DNA of 64,000 nucleotides from Antedon mediterranea. Taxonomy: Eukaryota > Animalia > Echinodermata. Below, in pieces: positions 1 through 13,600 of this stretch. The notes under the pieces were generated by a model. The model had not been told where the DNA came from and made no database searches. It was given only the letters and a program-made list of their open reading frames with translations. The DNA lies in NCBI RefSeq assembly GCF_964355755.1, contig NC_092675.1:26074912-26138911 (forward strand), in the 5' to 3' direction. Position 1 is the stretch's first letter; each line of letters opens with the position of its first letter. The translations under genes and the position numbers were made by a program.

Positions 1-264
1 GGACCAATGAAGAATCAATTATTTCAAGCAACAATGTAACCTGGCCAGACTTAGGTTGTTTATAACAACGTTTTAGAAGAATTTGAAGCGAAAAAGTATG
101 CTCGAAATTAAATTAAAACATAATGTGAAAACGAAACCACACGGACAGTAACGTTTAAAATACATAATTATGACGATGATAGTATAAGTTGACATCGATA
201 TTATGTCATCACTACAATGAGAGTACTAGAGAGGTTACGGCAGGTCAAAAGAAGTTTAGATTAA

Positions 265-857
265 AGGCCAGGTGCGGGAAAAAAATTTCTATTGATCATA
301 CATTCCAATAATTATCGATCTATAGTTTCTATGTTTCTTATTTTTTGGGATTTTATTTGTGTTACACGAGCTTGTTGAAAATAAGCACTTTCTTATCAGT
401 GGGGGGATAGTTCAAATTACACAGTAAAATCTCTATTCTTTTGTACACAATTTTTTTAAATAGAGAGGCCATTTAAAAAGCTATGAAAAATAATTGGTGT
501 GGTAAAAAATGTTGTCAGATGACTAAATATAGGTAATATAACTTGAATATTACATTTCTGGTATTTTTATTCAACTTCAGATTTTTATTTTTATGCTATA
601 GCAAACATTATCCACCGTATATCCACCATCTTTTTTCACCTTCTAGGGAGTCACCAGACATGTTATTACATTAGGTTAAACTACCTAACTACTGAAAAAA
701 GTCTTCCTGGATTTTTTATGGCAGAATTTTGACAAATTTTGTATTTTACCATATTAAGGGAAATTCATGTTTTTTCGTCTTGATTTCTGTTACAAATATT
801 TTATCTATGTACACTTAACCAGATATTATATTTAAAATTTATGCCTGTACCTGAGCT
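265..857. mobile_element. Probable decayed TTAA-targeting (Kolobok-like) non-autonomous element
   Basis: TTAA|AGGCCAGGTGCGGG ... CCTGTACCTGAGCT|TTAA; imperfect TIRs (about 10/15). Confidence 0.4.
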
Positions 858-894
858 TTAACTAATGTAAACCTGATTTGTTCTTCTGTTATAG

Positions 895-3800
895 CATGTC
901 CACGTCATAAATGGGGTCCACCTGATTGCACTGGTGACTGTGAATACTGCTATAATGGAGGTGTATGTGATGACAAAATAGGATTTTGTATCTGTGCACC
1001 TGGATTTATGGGATCTACGTGTGAAACTGGTAAGAATGTTCTAAATGAAGACCATCAATCAACAACACAAAAGTTAACTGTTCTTGACACATCCTAATTA
1101 TTACCTTATGACTAAATTTTTGGTATGGCTATCTTTCTAGCTATAATTGAGCTAAACTTAACCAGCCATGAAGTCATATACAATATACTCAGATTTAATT
1201 GCTTCAAATCAAGCGAATCACTTTGATTTAAATTTATGTGTATTGATTACTGGTGGGTAGGCTCCTACGTGAGGATTTAGTCAATATTCAAAGTCATAGA
1301 AGTGTGTTAAATATTTTATAAAATTATACCATTAGTTTAGTTTAATTTATAAGCTATATGAAGACTCTTATGCATGCTTATATTTAACCAAACAAAACTT
1401 CATTATTTTAATTATCTTTTTATAAATTTCTCTCTCCTTATTTTCACCGGAAAAAAAACCCGTCTACATGTGTGCGACGCTTGACACCACGCGGTCATCA
1501 TAACCAGCAAGAAATTTGTGACTCACCGTTAAACAATTACCTATCATTCACATTTTAACTTTACATTTTTGTCATTTTTTACATTAGCCAATTAAAGAGA
1601 AAATATAAAATAAAACTTCCTCTGACAAATCATTGCTATCTGATGATTGATGTCTCCGGTGAACACCTTGGAAAGGTCTTCCCTGGGTTGACGCACTTGT
1701 TTTGTTCATCCTCTCTATAGGAAAGACCTTTTTCAAACATTCACTCAATTTCCTTTCTTTGAAAAATAAAATTGTACAATGCACAGTTTGACTTTAAAAT
1801 ATAAAAATAAAACCAGATCCTACATAGATAGTGATAGAAGTGAAAGTGTAGTAAACTATTATTTTAAACATAGTTTCAATTCTAAACTTTCATTTTTCAC
1901 CTTTAACTATTTTAGAATGCGGTGGAAACAAACATGGTTGGAATTGTGAAAATCCTTGTACCCAACAAAATGATCTTACTGCATGTAAAAATTGCCAGTT
2001 CTGCCTACCTGATCCATATAGATGTAGCTGTGTTACCGGTTACAAAGGATTAAAATGCAACACAGGTAACAAAAACAGTTTTATCTGAGAGTTGCTGAAT
2101 ATACGACGCGCAGTAACTTATATAGGTTATGATTATATTGTAGTGGTCTTTAATAACATTTTATGTTTTTGAATGTTGTATTGGTGCAGTATGTTCATCG
2201 GGTACATTCGGTGCAGACTGTGCTCAAACTTGTCATTGTACACAAGGTGGTTGTGACCGATATACAGGAAGATGCACTGACACCCAAAACTCCTCTTGTG
2301 CATTTCCATGGAAAGGAACTAATTGTCAAGGTAAAACCAATATTGTTTTAAGACTGACAAAAACTAAATAATAATGAATACAATTTTGTTTTTAAATGAA
2401 TGACATTTTGTTTTGGTTTTGGAAGAAATTTCTAGGAATTCACTCGTATATACCATTCTGAACCTCGTACACTAGTAGTATTTACGTTTTCCGACAAAAA
2501 AATGTTCAGCTTTTTGATTTTCTGTTTTACGTATAAAATTACATTTCAGAAAAACAAAAATGGAAACACAAGGTTTTGTTTTAGTATATTGACTATGTAG
2601 TATTGACATCATGGAATAACGATTGTTATCTCATTCATATTTCTAAAATGAAATAATATACATTTTCGGGCAACAATTTTTGTAGAATGTCAGCCTAAAC
2701 GGTTTGGAGAAAACTGTGACATTGATTGCAACAAACCATGTGAATGTCACCGACTATCTGGAAAGTGCATTCAAGGAACATGTTTGTCTAATTTTCTTGA
2801 ACCAAATTGTGTACCTACATATGACGGAAGCTTGATAGCTAATGCTTCAAGTACCTCTATCACTATTGAATGGACGCCGTGGAATACTGAGAATGGAGAG
2901 GAAGATCTTGTTATTGGATACTTTTTATATCACAAACTGAGCAATACTAATGACTGGAAGATGGAATTCTACAATACTTCCTTATCAGGTACTGTTACAG
3001 GGTTAATAGTGGACACAGACTATACTGTTGGTGTTTCAGCTATGAGAGCTGGCGAAGAAGGTGAAGGACCAATTGGAGGGATAATCACAGTAACAACACT
3101 TTGCGGAAGTATGTATCTAATTTTAAATAATATATTATAATTATGTAATTCGGTGACGGCACCAATTTAAATAGTTAGTAGAAATAAAACCATGAGAGAA
3201 CTAATTTATTATTGAGAGTTTATGTTATTTATACGTGTGAATCTAAACATGGAATAAATATATCCATACAATCTTATGTATCAACTGTAGCAAACTAACA
3301 TTGTTACTAGGCTTCTTCAAATAACAAAAAAATAAAGAAACATAATTTTGTTAACAGAACCTTCTCCAGTTGAGAATGTAAAACTTCAAACTCCTTCAAA
3401 CACTGGTATTATTGTTACATGGATAGTAAGTACACTTCTAGAGATTTGTTAATACTCATTTCGTCGTTTTATACGAAATATATTCTGTGGATTCTCATAC
3501 TTACGCGTCGAATGAGTTAATCAGTTACATACTGTAACGGATGACAGAAGGAACTTGCCACATGTAAAATTATTCCAAACAATCATTTATGTTTCGTACC
3601 ATCACATATTACAATTATAACGTTTTCTATACATTGCGTTCTTTCCGTTCATTTTTTAGGGAAAACTTGACGCTGGGTCATTGAAATGCTCAACTGCGGT
3701 ATTTGACTATAGAGTATACCTAAAAGTAATCAACAATAAAGGATATCGGGAAGAGGTTTATCTGACAAAAACAAATCAATTTAAAATTGAAAATGTTGAA

Positions 3801-5190
3801 GTACATGACACTTATGCTATCTTAGTCACTGTGTCTAATAAAGACAGTGAGAGTGAACCAGTTAGCATTTTAAACGTACCAGAACAAGGTACTGCTGGAC
3901 AATGTTTACTGCTAAACCTAAACTAAAAAGTTTATGCATTTGATTATAATTATAATTGTCTAATTGTAAATTACGATTTGTATTGAATAAACTGAGATGA
4001 AATTCCTCTCACAACCCTTACAAATTTAACATTCAAAGTTTAAGATCTAGGCCTACCTCATCTGTTTTGTTTCAATTCAATGATACAGAACTCACAATTA
4101 TGTGACACATAAGTAACGCTAAATCACGAAGTTTGTCTATAAAACTGGACTGATATTTGTAAGGAAAATCGGATACATTCCTAAAATCAAATTAATATTT
4201 TATTTTCCACCTTTTTGTTTTTTTTAAGCTGCCACATCACGTTCATATCTATTCTGCTTTAACTTCATATTTAACGCATTTTGACCCACCTAATTAAGCA
4301 TTTCCTTTTATGTCATTATGTATTACACATCTTAAACATCCACATGATTTTTTTGTATTATTTGTTTCTAAGAAAATGCAAACGGAATCATTGCTGGAGG
4401 TGCTGCGGCAGCAGGAGTGTGTTTTGGTGTCATCATTACTATTATGATTACGATCTGGTAATTTATCCAATATAAATTTTATATTTTAAAATATTTAGAA
4501 TATTAGATAAAATTTGTTATTATGTATTTTAATTTTTTGTTTGTGAGCCATTCTAAGTTTCAAAACCATTGTAGGCAGAATGTTAAAGTTTAAAAGTAAT
4601 GATCTATCTTGCTTGTTTCTAAAGTAAACAAAGACTTCGGAAGAATGTGAGTAAACCTGATGCAGCAAATGATCCACAAGTCTACTATAACACTGCAAGT
4701 AACAATTACAATAATTTTGCACCAGGGTAAATTTGTTTTCTTATACATTTTTTTACATGTTTTATGTTTCTTATATGTTATCTTCTATCGTTTTGATTTA
4801 GCTTTTTATTTATTCAGTCACTGATGCCCACTAAGCATTGTCAATTTTCAGCTATAGGCCTAATACGATAATACGATATATAGACGACAAATGGATAGAT
4901 ATAGCGAACAAACAAATATAGGCCTACAAACAGTAATACGTAATTATCTATAATAAAGGCCTATAACATTTTTTTTAATGGAAAGATAAATGTGAATATG
5001 AAAGATTTTAATCATCATTGACATATTTCAAATTAATGAATAATAATTTTTCCCTTCATTTCTTAATTCAAGACAAAATCAAGACAGAGTGTATGACGTA
5101 ACTGATGCTGATTATGCTACAGTAATTGGTCGTCCTGTTTACAGTAACACAGCACAGGTATCAGAAGTTAGAGAAGACCAACACAGATAA
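895..5190 (+). CDS. Gene A (5'-partial): kinase-less Tie-like single-pass receptor; EGF x4, FN3 x2, TM, short Tyr-motif tail
   Basis: Exons 895-1029 ([25 protein letters not shown]), 1916-2065 ([20 protein letters not shown]), 2190-2330, 2686-3108 (EGF4 fused to FN3), 3358-3425, 3660-3888, 4373-4457 (TM GIIAGGAAAAGVCFGVIITIMITI), 4625-4726, 5073-5190 (stop TAA). All are AG/GT-bounded and in frame. EGF1/EGF2 match the Tie2 motifs KWGP..C..C.NNGVC and [17 protein letters not shown] (recalled, not searched). Ig1/Ig2 presumably lie upstream of the window. Confidence 0.85.
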
Positions 5191-7692
5191 AATCAAGAAC
5201 TGAAATCCTTTATCGAAACGATATTATTCTTTAATAAATGACAAAATAATGAATGATTATACTAAACTGTTCATTGATGGAATCACTATTTGTTTACATC
5301 TTATTGCGGTTGAGCATCATTCGTTATTGGTAATAAATATTATAATGTATACTAATGAAAGGGTGTTGTTGATATTAATTTAAAAAAAATAACGTTATAT
5401 AATTGTAACCTAAACTTATTTAATGTATGTCAATGAAATGGTGTATTTTATTTATTTATTTTATATAATTATAATTTGTATTATTTATTCTTTTTATTGT
5501 ATAATAGAGCTCCATGATTGGTTTGATTTGTTATAGAATATTTTGAATTATTATACATTTACAACGTTAGTAATACGTAAAATGGGCTTCTTCTTATTTA
5601 GGTACTCTTGGGTTGGCTTCGTTTCAAGGTAGTATTCTTTTATGATGAACTTTTTTTCGAGATTACTTTTGCAAACTAAAGAGGGGTGAAATACTTATTT
5701 AACAACCTTAAATCATCTGGGATATTTTTTCACAGCTTTCCATCAGAATACCTGATAGAGACGTGGTGTCCCATATTTGTTCGATATTTTGGTATGTACA
5801 CATTTTTCTAGTCTGTGACCTTGTTGAATAATAAAAATTAATCAATAAAAAATATTGAGGAGTTGTCTCTGGAAGTTTACCATGTATAATATCATGAACA
5901 AATAAAATATTTAAATACTGATAAATAAAGAAGCGCCCTCTATATGTAGTAGAATTTATTTATTGACAATTTTTATTTAACATGCATTTTTATACAATTT
6001 TTTACTGTATTTTATCACTTGTCGATTTAATACATGTTACCGTATTACAAACACTCCCCCGAGTAAAGCTCCACCCCTCCCGCTTATTCGAATAAATACG
6101 GTAGCCGTATTTTAAAGAATGAATGAATGACTTGATATTTTATTTGAAAGAAAATGGATATCGTATATTACCAATTACCAGTAATCACTCAAACCGGTAT
6201 TTTAGATCGTGTTGATTTATTTTAAATACACTGTATCATGTTTAACCAATAATATACAGTATATTTCCTCCACGGTTTAACCATGGAGGTATACCTCCAT
6301 GGTTTAACAGCGACAATAAACACCATGCATGGATGCACCATGCAGTATCGAGGACAGGCATCGAAATAACGATGTAGGAAAAGAGGCTACTGTATAGTAT
6401 CAGAAGACACAATCCAGTATGGTATGAAGTTTGCTACAGAATATGGGTGGATTGTTATTGCTGCTAGTCACCAGGGGACATCAGGTGATTTGATCACCCT
6501 CCACTATGAATATATAATGAACTAACTGCATGCATATCACAAAAATGAAACACCTTTATAACACCTTTGTGTGTTTTGTTGATTTTGAAAACAAGCTAGT
6601 ACGATAGCTTTTTTTCAACAATTATGACTTTTGAATATACTTTCTGCTCTGCTGAATAACAGAATAAGGAAGTTCCACGAGGAAGTTGCTTGTCTAGTTC
6701 AGCAAAGCAAAGAGAACGATTTCGTAAGTTTATGACAAGCATTAAATTAAGAAACTAATTGTAAGTATTCTAATTCTATTTACAGCCGATATCTTCTTTG
6801 TCACTTGAGAGCTTAAGTTTAATCGAGGTTGTTAAGAGATGAGTGCTAAGTTAGTATAGAATAGTTGGTCGTCTTATCTTTTGATATAGGCCTATAATGT
6901 CTTTAAAATTTTAAATCAATAACCAGTACCCGTCGCTTTTCACCACAATGTTTGGTATAAAGAGATGTTTTGAAACCAATTTAATAACGATTTTACTTTC
7001 CTATACAGGTATTACATAACAAAGGTCAATTTTTAAAAGATTCTTTCACAGGGTCAGTCACACGTGATAGATAAAATATCTCAAAGGAGTACAAATAATA
7101 ATGTTGTTAAAAGAATTGGTTGTCGTATACAGTAATATCATAATAATTGACGACACTACGCACACTTCCAATAAAAGTATAAACACCATTTATTCTTATC
7201 GACGCAACGAAATTTTTTTGGAAAGTTAAACTACGGTACAGTATTATTTTATAAAACAATTGGATTTTAATTGGTAATTGTGGTTATTCTGGTAAAATCA
7301 TAAAATCTCAAGTTTGTCTACTTGTAGGCCTAATGCTTATGTTGCCCAATGTTCTTCAGAGAACAGGAGGAACTAAGTCTAAGTAAGTAAGTTACTTATT
7401 AATATTGAAGTTTTATATGACAATTTTAGGCCAATGCGATTTCTATAGTGTTCTTGTTCTTGTAATTTTTCTTGTATATTGATTTTGACCAAATGAATGA
7501 ATAAATGAATACAACGGGTTCTCATTTGAAATTAAACAGTTATAATATAATTACAATTTTAAAAGTTCGGTCCAGTTGGTAAGAGAATAACTTTTCTTGA
7601 TTGAATTCAAGATGCTTACTATGGAGGTTTACAGTCTAAGAGACAAGCTGGAGATACACTGTCTAATATCATTATCTTTTCCCCAGGAAAAT

Positions 7693-10600
7693 ATGATTAT
7701 TACTTTACTAGCTTTGGTTCAAGGGATTGTTTCCTGTTTCGGTAAGTTAACATTTAAATATCAATAGAAATCACTTTTTTAGATATATTAATACCAACAA
7801 CAAAATCTCATCGGCGATTATTCAAAATAAACTATGCTGCCAAAAAGCGTCTTCGTAGGCCTACATTAGGCCTATTGTTTCTAAATTGGTTTTGCTTACC
7901 CTACTCTCTCAACACTCAGTTATCACTGCTAATCCAATTCGTATGATTATAATAAGTTTTGAAATTCTTGATTTAAATATTTAAAAAAAAAATTGTAAGA
8001 AAGAATTGAACATATTTAATATCCTCATTATTTTTTTGTATTTTGAATAATAAAAATGCAGTCCGTGATTTTTTGAATTTTCAATTATACAATTTATTGT
8101 ATTTATATTTAGGGAATGATGGATATGTAACAGTTCTGAATTTGTCTCCACAAAGCAACGGTAACACAAAATATCAATTTTACATTCCTACTACATTCAC
8201 TGGTTATAATTTGAGTTACGGTAGATCATTTGGAGTAGTAGATGATGAAAACTTGAATGAAGCATCGTGGGATGTGCCGGGTGATATAGAGAATAGAAGG
8301 TATGTCACGAGATCAGTAGGCATGGGAGTATACTATTGCAAGATATTGAAAGATGGCGTCACCACAGACGTTCAAACTACTAAAATAAAAAATGATGGTA
8401 AGAATCATATATTGATTTCCAATTTCATGGTCATATTTTTGAAATTGTTATTACATGTATAATAATATATATATATTTTTTTTTTATTCAACTGTCATTT
8501 ATGATTATTGCTTATTGTCTCTATTGTTTACATATATATTTACTAATTGTTATTGTTTTTATTGTAATTTATTTATTTGTTTAATTTTTCCAATTTTTAT
8601 TTCCTACATAGGACATCACATTTTAAAGCTTTGCTTATAGTGATGCCCGATTCAATCAATCAATATATAACTTTTGCTTAAAACCATGTTCAACTGTAGG
8701 CCGTTGCCAATATACAGTAATCTCCCTAAACAATGCTACTTTTAATACTTACAATATTATATGTTTTCATCTTTTCCATTGATTGTAAACCTCTAACTAA
8801 ACTTTCCAGTATTTTATTATTCAACTTCTGTTTCCAATAATAGTCAATATAAACAATAAATTTTTATTTTTATCATTACTGTAAATAATCATTGTATATA
8901 TTTTATAATTTATATTTATATTGGTCTTGTTTTTTTTGTTTGTAAAAATCTACTGTAATATTATACCTTATTGTGGTTACCATTATAACAAATGTACGAT
9001 TGATTGAATAAAGTTCACATATATAAAAAAAAAAAAAAAAAAAAAAATTGAAACAAATTAATTGAAAACTTAGTTCATAAAATGCTAGCAATGTTAAAAC
9101 AAAACAAGCACGCATAGCCTACACACACCCGACCGACAATAGCAATTTGACGTTAGAAACAATTAAAGAACTTCACTAACAATGTATATTATATAATTTT
9201 AATTTAATTGTAAACATACATATTTATTATTTATGAAACAGCCTTAATAACGCCAGGTAAAACTAAGAACACAGTAACAGTAAATGTTGGAGATGACATC
9301 ACAATTAGTTTTAATACTGATTTGAACAGTGATTTAGAGTGGAGGAAAGATGGTTCTCCTCCATTTAAAAATGGGATAGACAAGAGCATGACGTTTAACT
9401 CAGTAGAGATCAGTGATTCTGGAGTCTACGAGATGTATAAGAGTGGTAATCGAACTGAGCGTAAACATTCGTTTATCAAGTTGATTGTACGAGGTAAACT
9501 TGTATTTATATAGACAGGGAATTGTGAAATATCAGTCTTCCCTGATAGAGCATCTTGAGCACGAATCTCTTTGCTGTATGCTCCTATTTTGACAGCAATA
9601 TTATAAGAACAGGCCGTAATACAGCATCTTATGAGCATCACATGTGGTGACTGTATCATGTAAGGTTAGGGGTCTATAGTCTATGATACTAGGCGATATA
9701 CGTAAAACACATGCTGTTTCATGGTACTCTCAGATACTAGACACATTTAGATACATATTTTTGTTCTTCTTTATTATTAGATTTTAATGTCTAAATCTTA
9801 ATTAAGTAAACACTGATTACGCAAGAATTTCTTTTATGACAGAAACGAAATCATACATTAATTTTTGTTATACCGGATCTGTTTATGAATATCATTTTTG
9901 TAGAGTGTCAACGTCACAAATGGGGTCCACCTGACTGCACTGGTGACTGTGAATACTGCTATAATGGAGGTGTTTGTGATGATAAAACAGGATTTTGTAT
10001 CTGTGCACCTGGATTTAAGGGAGCCACGTGTGAAATTGGTAAGAACACATACTTCATAGAACTTCAATACAAAATAAAATCAAATACGATTCTCACAAAT
10101 GAATTACGCTTACTAAGAACTTAAATCACAAAGGTGACAAAAGAGGATACTCGTATTTACCTTTAAGTGTACATTTTTCCTCTACAAGTTTAAGTTACAA
10201 AATACTTAGTAATTGAAATGTGTATTCCAAGGTTAAAAAAACATTTTAAAAAATACAAAAAGAAGTAAAAGCCTACAACACTGGACTATTGAGTAAAGCT
10301 TTTAAAATACAGAACATTTTTATGCCTATAGTTTAAATTGCTTATTAAATAGTTTAATTGCACATGGAAGGGATGACTTATTATGACGCTCGGCCTTCTT
10401 AATTGAAAGGATCAACCTACCGGATTTACTAAAGTTTAAACAATCAAAAAGAGTGGGATTTGTTAATTATACTAAGCCTACTACTACATGATTGATTAAA
10501 TGTTTGATTTAAAATGTAGAATGTGGCGGCAATAGACATAGCTGGAAATGTGAACATCGTTGTTCCAGTAGCGGTGATCTTACTAGTTGCAGATATTTTC

Positions 10601-13600
10601 AATTTTGTTTACCTGATCCATATGGATGTAGCTGTGTTACTGGTTACAAAGGATTAAAATGCGATACACGTGGGTGAACCTTATTTTTAAAAATAAAATC
10701 AGACTTTTAATAGGCCATTTTGCAGTTTATTAAAGTTATTTACTTCCGTTGAAAATTAAAAGAAATATATCTTTACAATTTGATGCTTTAAATATTAACC
10801 TTTTCAGGTAAATATATATATTCATTTTAACTAAGTAGAAAGCCAGATTAACTGAGACAGTTCTCAACACCATGGGTACAGCTTAATATAATAAAACAAG
10901 AACTATGAACTTGGTTACTTCATGGTACTTTAGTACTACAAATTTGTTTTATAATAAAGCACCATAAAGAAGTAACCAAGTTCATAGTTTTTTATTTTAA
11001 TATATTCATTTTATATATACATTTTTAATTAACAGCATGTTCATCAGGAAAATTTGGTGCAGACTGTGTTCAAAATTGTCACTGTATACAAGGTGGTTGT
11101 GATCGATATACAGGAATATGTACTAACTCATCTTGTGCATTTCCATGGATGGGATCAAACTGTCAAAGTAAGACTGAATTAAAGAATACACAGCATTTTA
11201 GTCGCGTGGACGCGACTTTAAAGTTCACTATGTCGGTCGGTCGGTCTGTCGGTCTGTCTGTCGGTCCGATATCACTATGCGTTTTAGCACGCGACTTATG
11301 GCTGTTGGCCTTGTTTCTAATTGATACGGTAAACATAATAATATGTGTATTTGTATTGACGTAATTGACCTGTCAAAATAACGTTGAGAAACAGACATCG
11401 ATCGACAAGTGTATTATCATAAATTGGAATAGAATATCGTTATACACTTAATTTCTTTTAGAATGTCAATCGAATTTTTACGGAGAAAACTTTGATATTG
11501 TATGTAATAAACAATGTAAATGTCACAGATTGACTGGCAGATGTGTAGAAGGAACATGCTTTTCCAATTGGCTAGAACCTGATTGTGAAGTTGGTAAGTT
11601 CCTTGTTATTAATACAATTTTAGATTCGTCAAAACATCCGTGTGTATTCCAGCCTCTCTGAGCCTTTCGACGTAAGCGTTTGTTGTAGCCTATCATGACG
11701 TTGATTGAATAACGAAAAGCATTTTGCGTTCCACTGCGTTGAATATAGAAGTTATATAAAATAAAGCTATCGAGTGCAATCGAGTGCACATGGTCGGTCA
11801 CTACTACACTACAATTGAGTGAGTTCTGTACGTATTCTCGAAAACCTTATTTAAAGAAAAAGCCAAAGGCGAAGACAACATTCAACATTATGGGTGCATA
11901 ATATTTTTGATTGACCTACATAAGTTCCATAAAAATATAAGAAGTATGCATGCCATACATTATATACCCCAATTTTGATTACCGATATTAATTTTTTCAG
12001 GAATTATTGATGCCACATTTGTACCAGTAAATAACAACCAGAACACAACTGCATCATGTTCAGTAAAACATTATGGTACAAAAAACATTACAACAATGAT
12101 TATGGTGACTAACAAACATTTCACTGAAAATATTACAAAACTGGTAGAAATAGAACAAGATGGTGAGAATATAACAACGTACACATTTACTGTGACATCA
12201 AATGTTGATTCAACTTACAAATGTGTAATTGTTCATGAAGGTTTTTCTGTTCAACGTGAAATCGTTGCCGAAATATTTCGTAAGTTTAACAATTATTTGG
12301 TTTCCTCTCTAAACATAGATTAATCAAGATTCAGATATAATCTGTTCTTAATTTGTATACGTGTGTATTTAAATCCATTCACTATTCACTCATAATATCC
12401 ATGTCACATGGGATAAGTATTATTGATAGAGAGGTTAGTGATATAATATCTCTAAGGAAAACTAATCTTTTATTGTTGTAAAACCTTCTTTTAGGGTTAC
12501 CTTTTTATACTGGAAGTATAACAGTACTTAATATTTCAAGCTCCTTTATCACCATTGAATGGATGACATGGGACAGCATTACTGACGATGGAGATGGTCC
12601 AGTTGTTGGATACTTTTTATACCACAAACTGAGCAATACAAATGATTGGAAGAAAACATTATACGATAATTCTTTATCAGGCACTGTTAATGGGTTGATG
12701 TGGGATACAGAATACACTTTTGGTGTTTCAGTTGTGAGACCTGGAGAAGGCGGTGAAGGTCCATTGGGAGAAACAACACTCACTGCAAAAACACTTTGCG
12801 GAAGTAAGTTCTATACTATTATAAATTATATTTACGTTACTACTGTTTGCTCCTATGAACTTTACATTCAACTGGATTGTATAATTAATTATGTACGGGT
12901 ACTTGAAAGATTTACTATTTCACGTGATGTATATGTTGTTTATCAGGGCCTCCTCCAGTTCAGAACGCAAAACACAGAGTGTCAACCTGGAATCCAAACA
13001 GTATCCAAGTAACATGGGTAGTACCGGTACGTAAGTTTACAATTAATGATGACATCATGTTCTACTATTCTACTCTAATGCAACCTATTTCCAGAAACAC
13101 CTTAATTCCTTCCAATTCGTGGAGGTGACACCTGTTGTACATCGTGTAGAAAAGGCAAGTAACAGTATAGTGTTTTCTGGACAAAGTTAAGTACAGCAGT
13201 ACAACATCAAGAATGTATGTTTATCGATTATCAGTCAAACTATCCTGAACGTCATCGTCGTCATTGCTTTCATAATTAGTTATTTTAAATAATGATTGTT
13301 AATTATCCATTAAAGTTTGTATAAAACGGTCCTTCCAGCTAGGTAAAACATCCCTTTTAAAGCAAAACATCTAGCACTCATTTTAATTGCACTATATTGA
13401 TTTATTTTTAAAGGACAATTTAGACGTTGATTTACTGAAATGTTACAATACCAATTCGAGTATGTACACAGTTTATTTTAAAACGATTGACATCAAAGAA
13501 TGCAGTGAGAAGGTTTACCATACCAATGCTAGTGAATTTACTATTCAGAATATTACGGTAGATGACCCTTATCTCATCTTGGTCAGTCTATCAAATAAAG

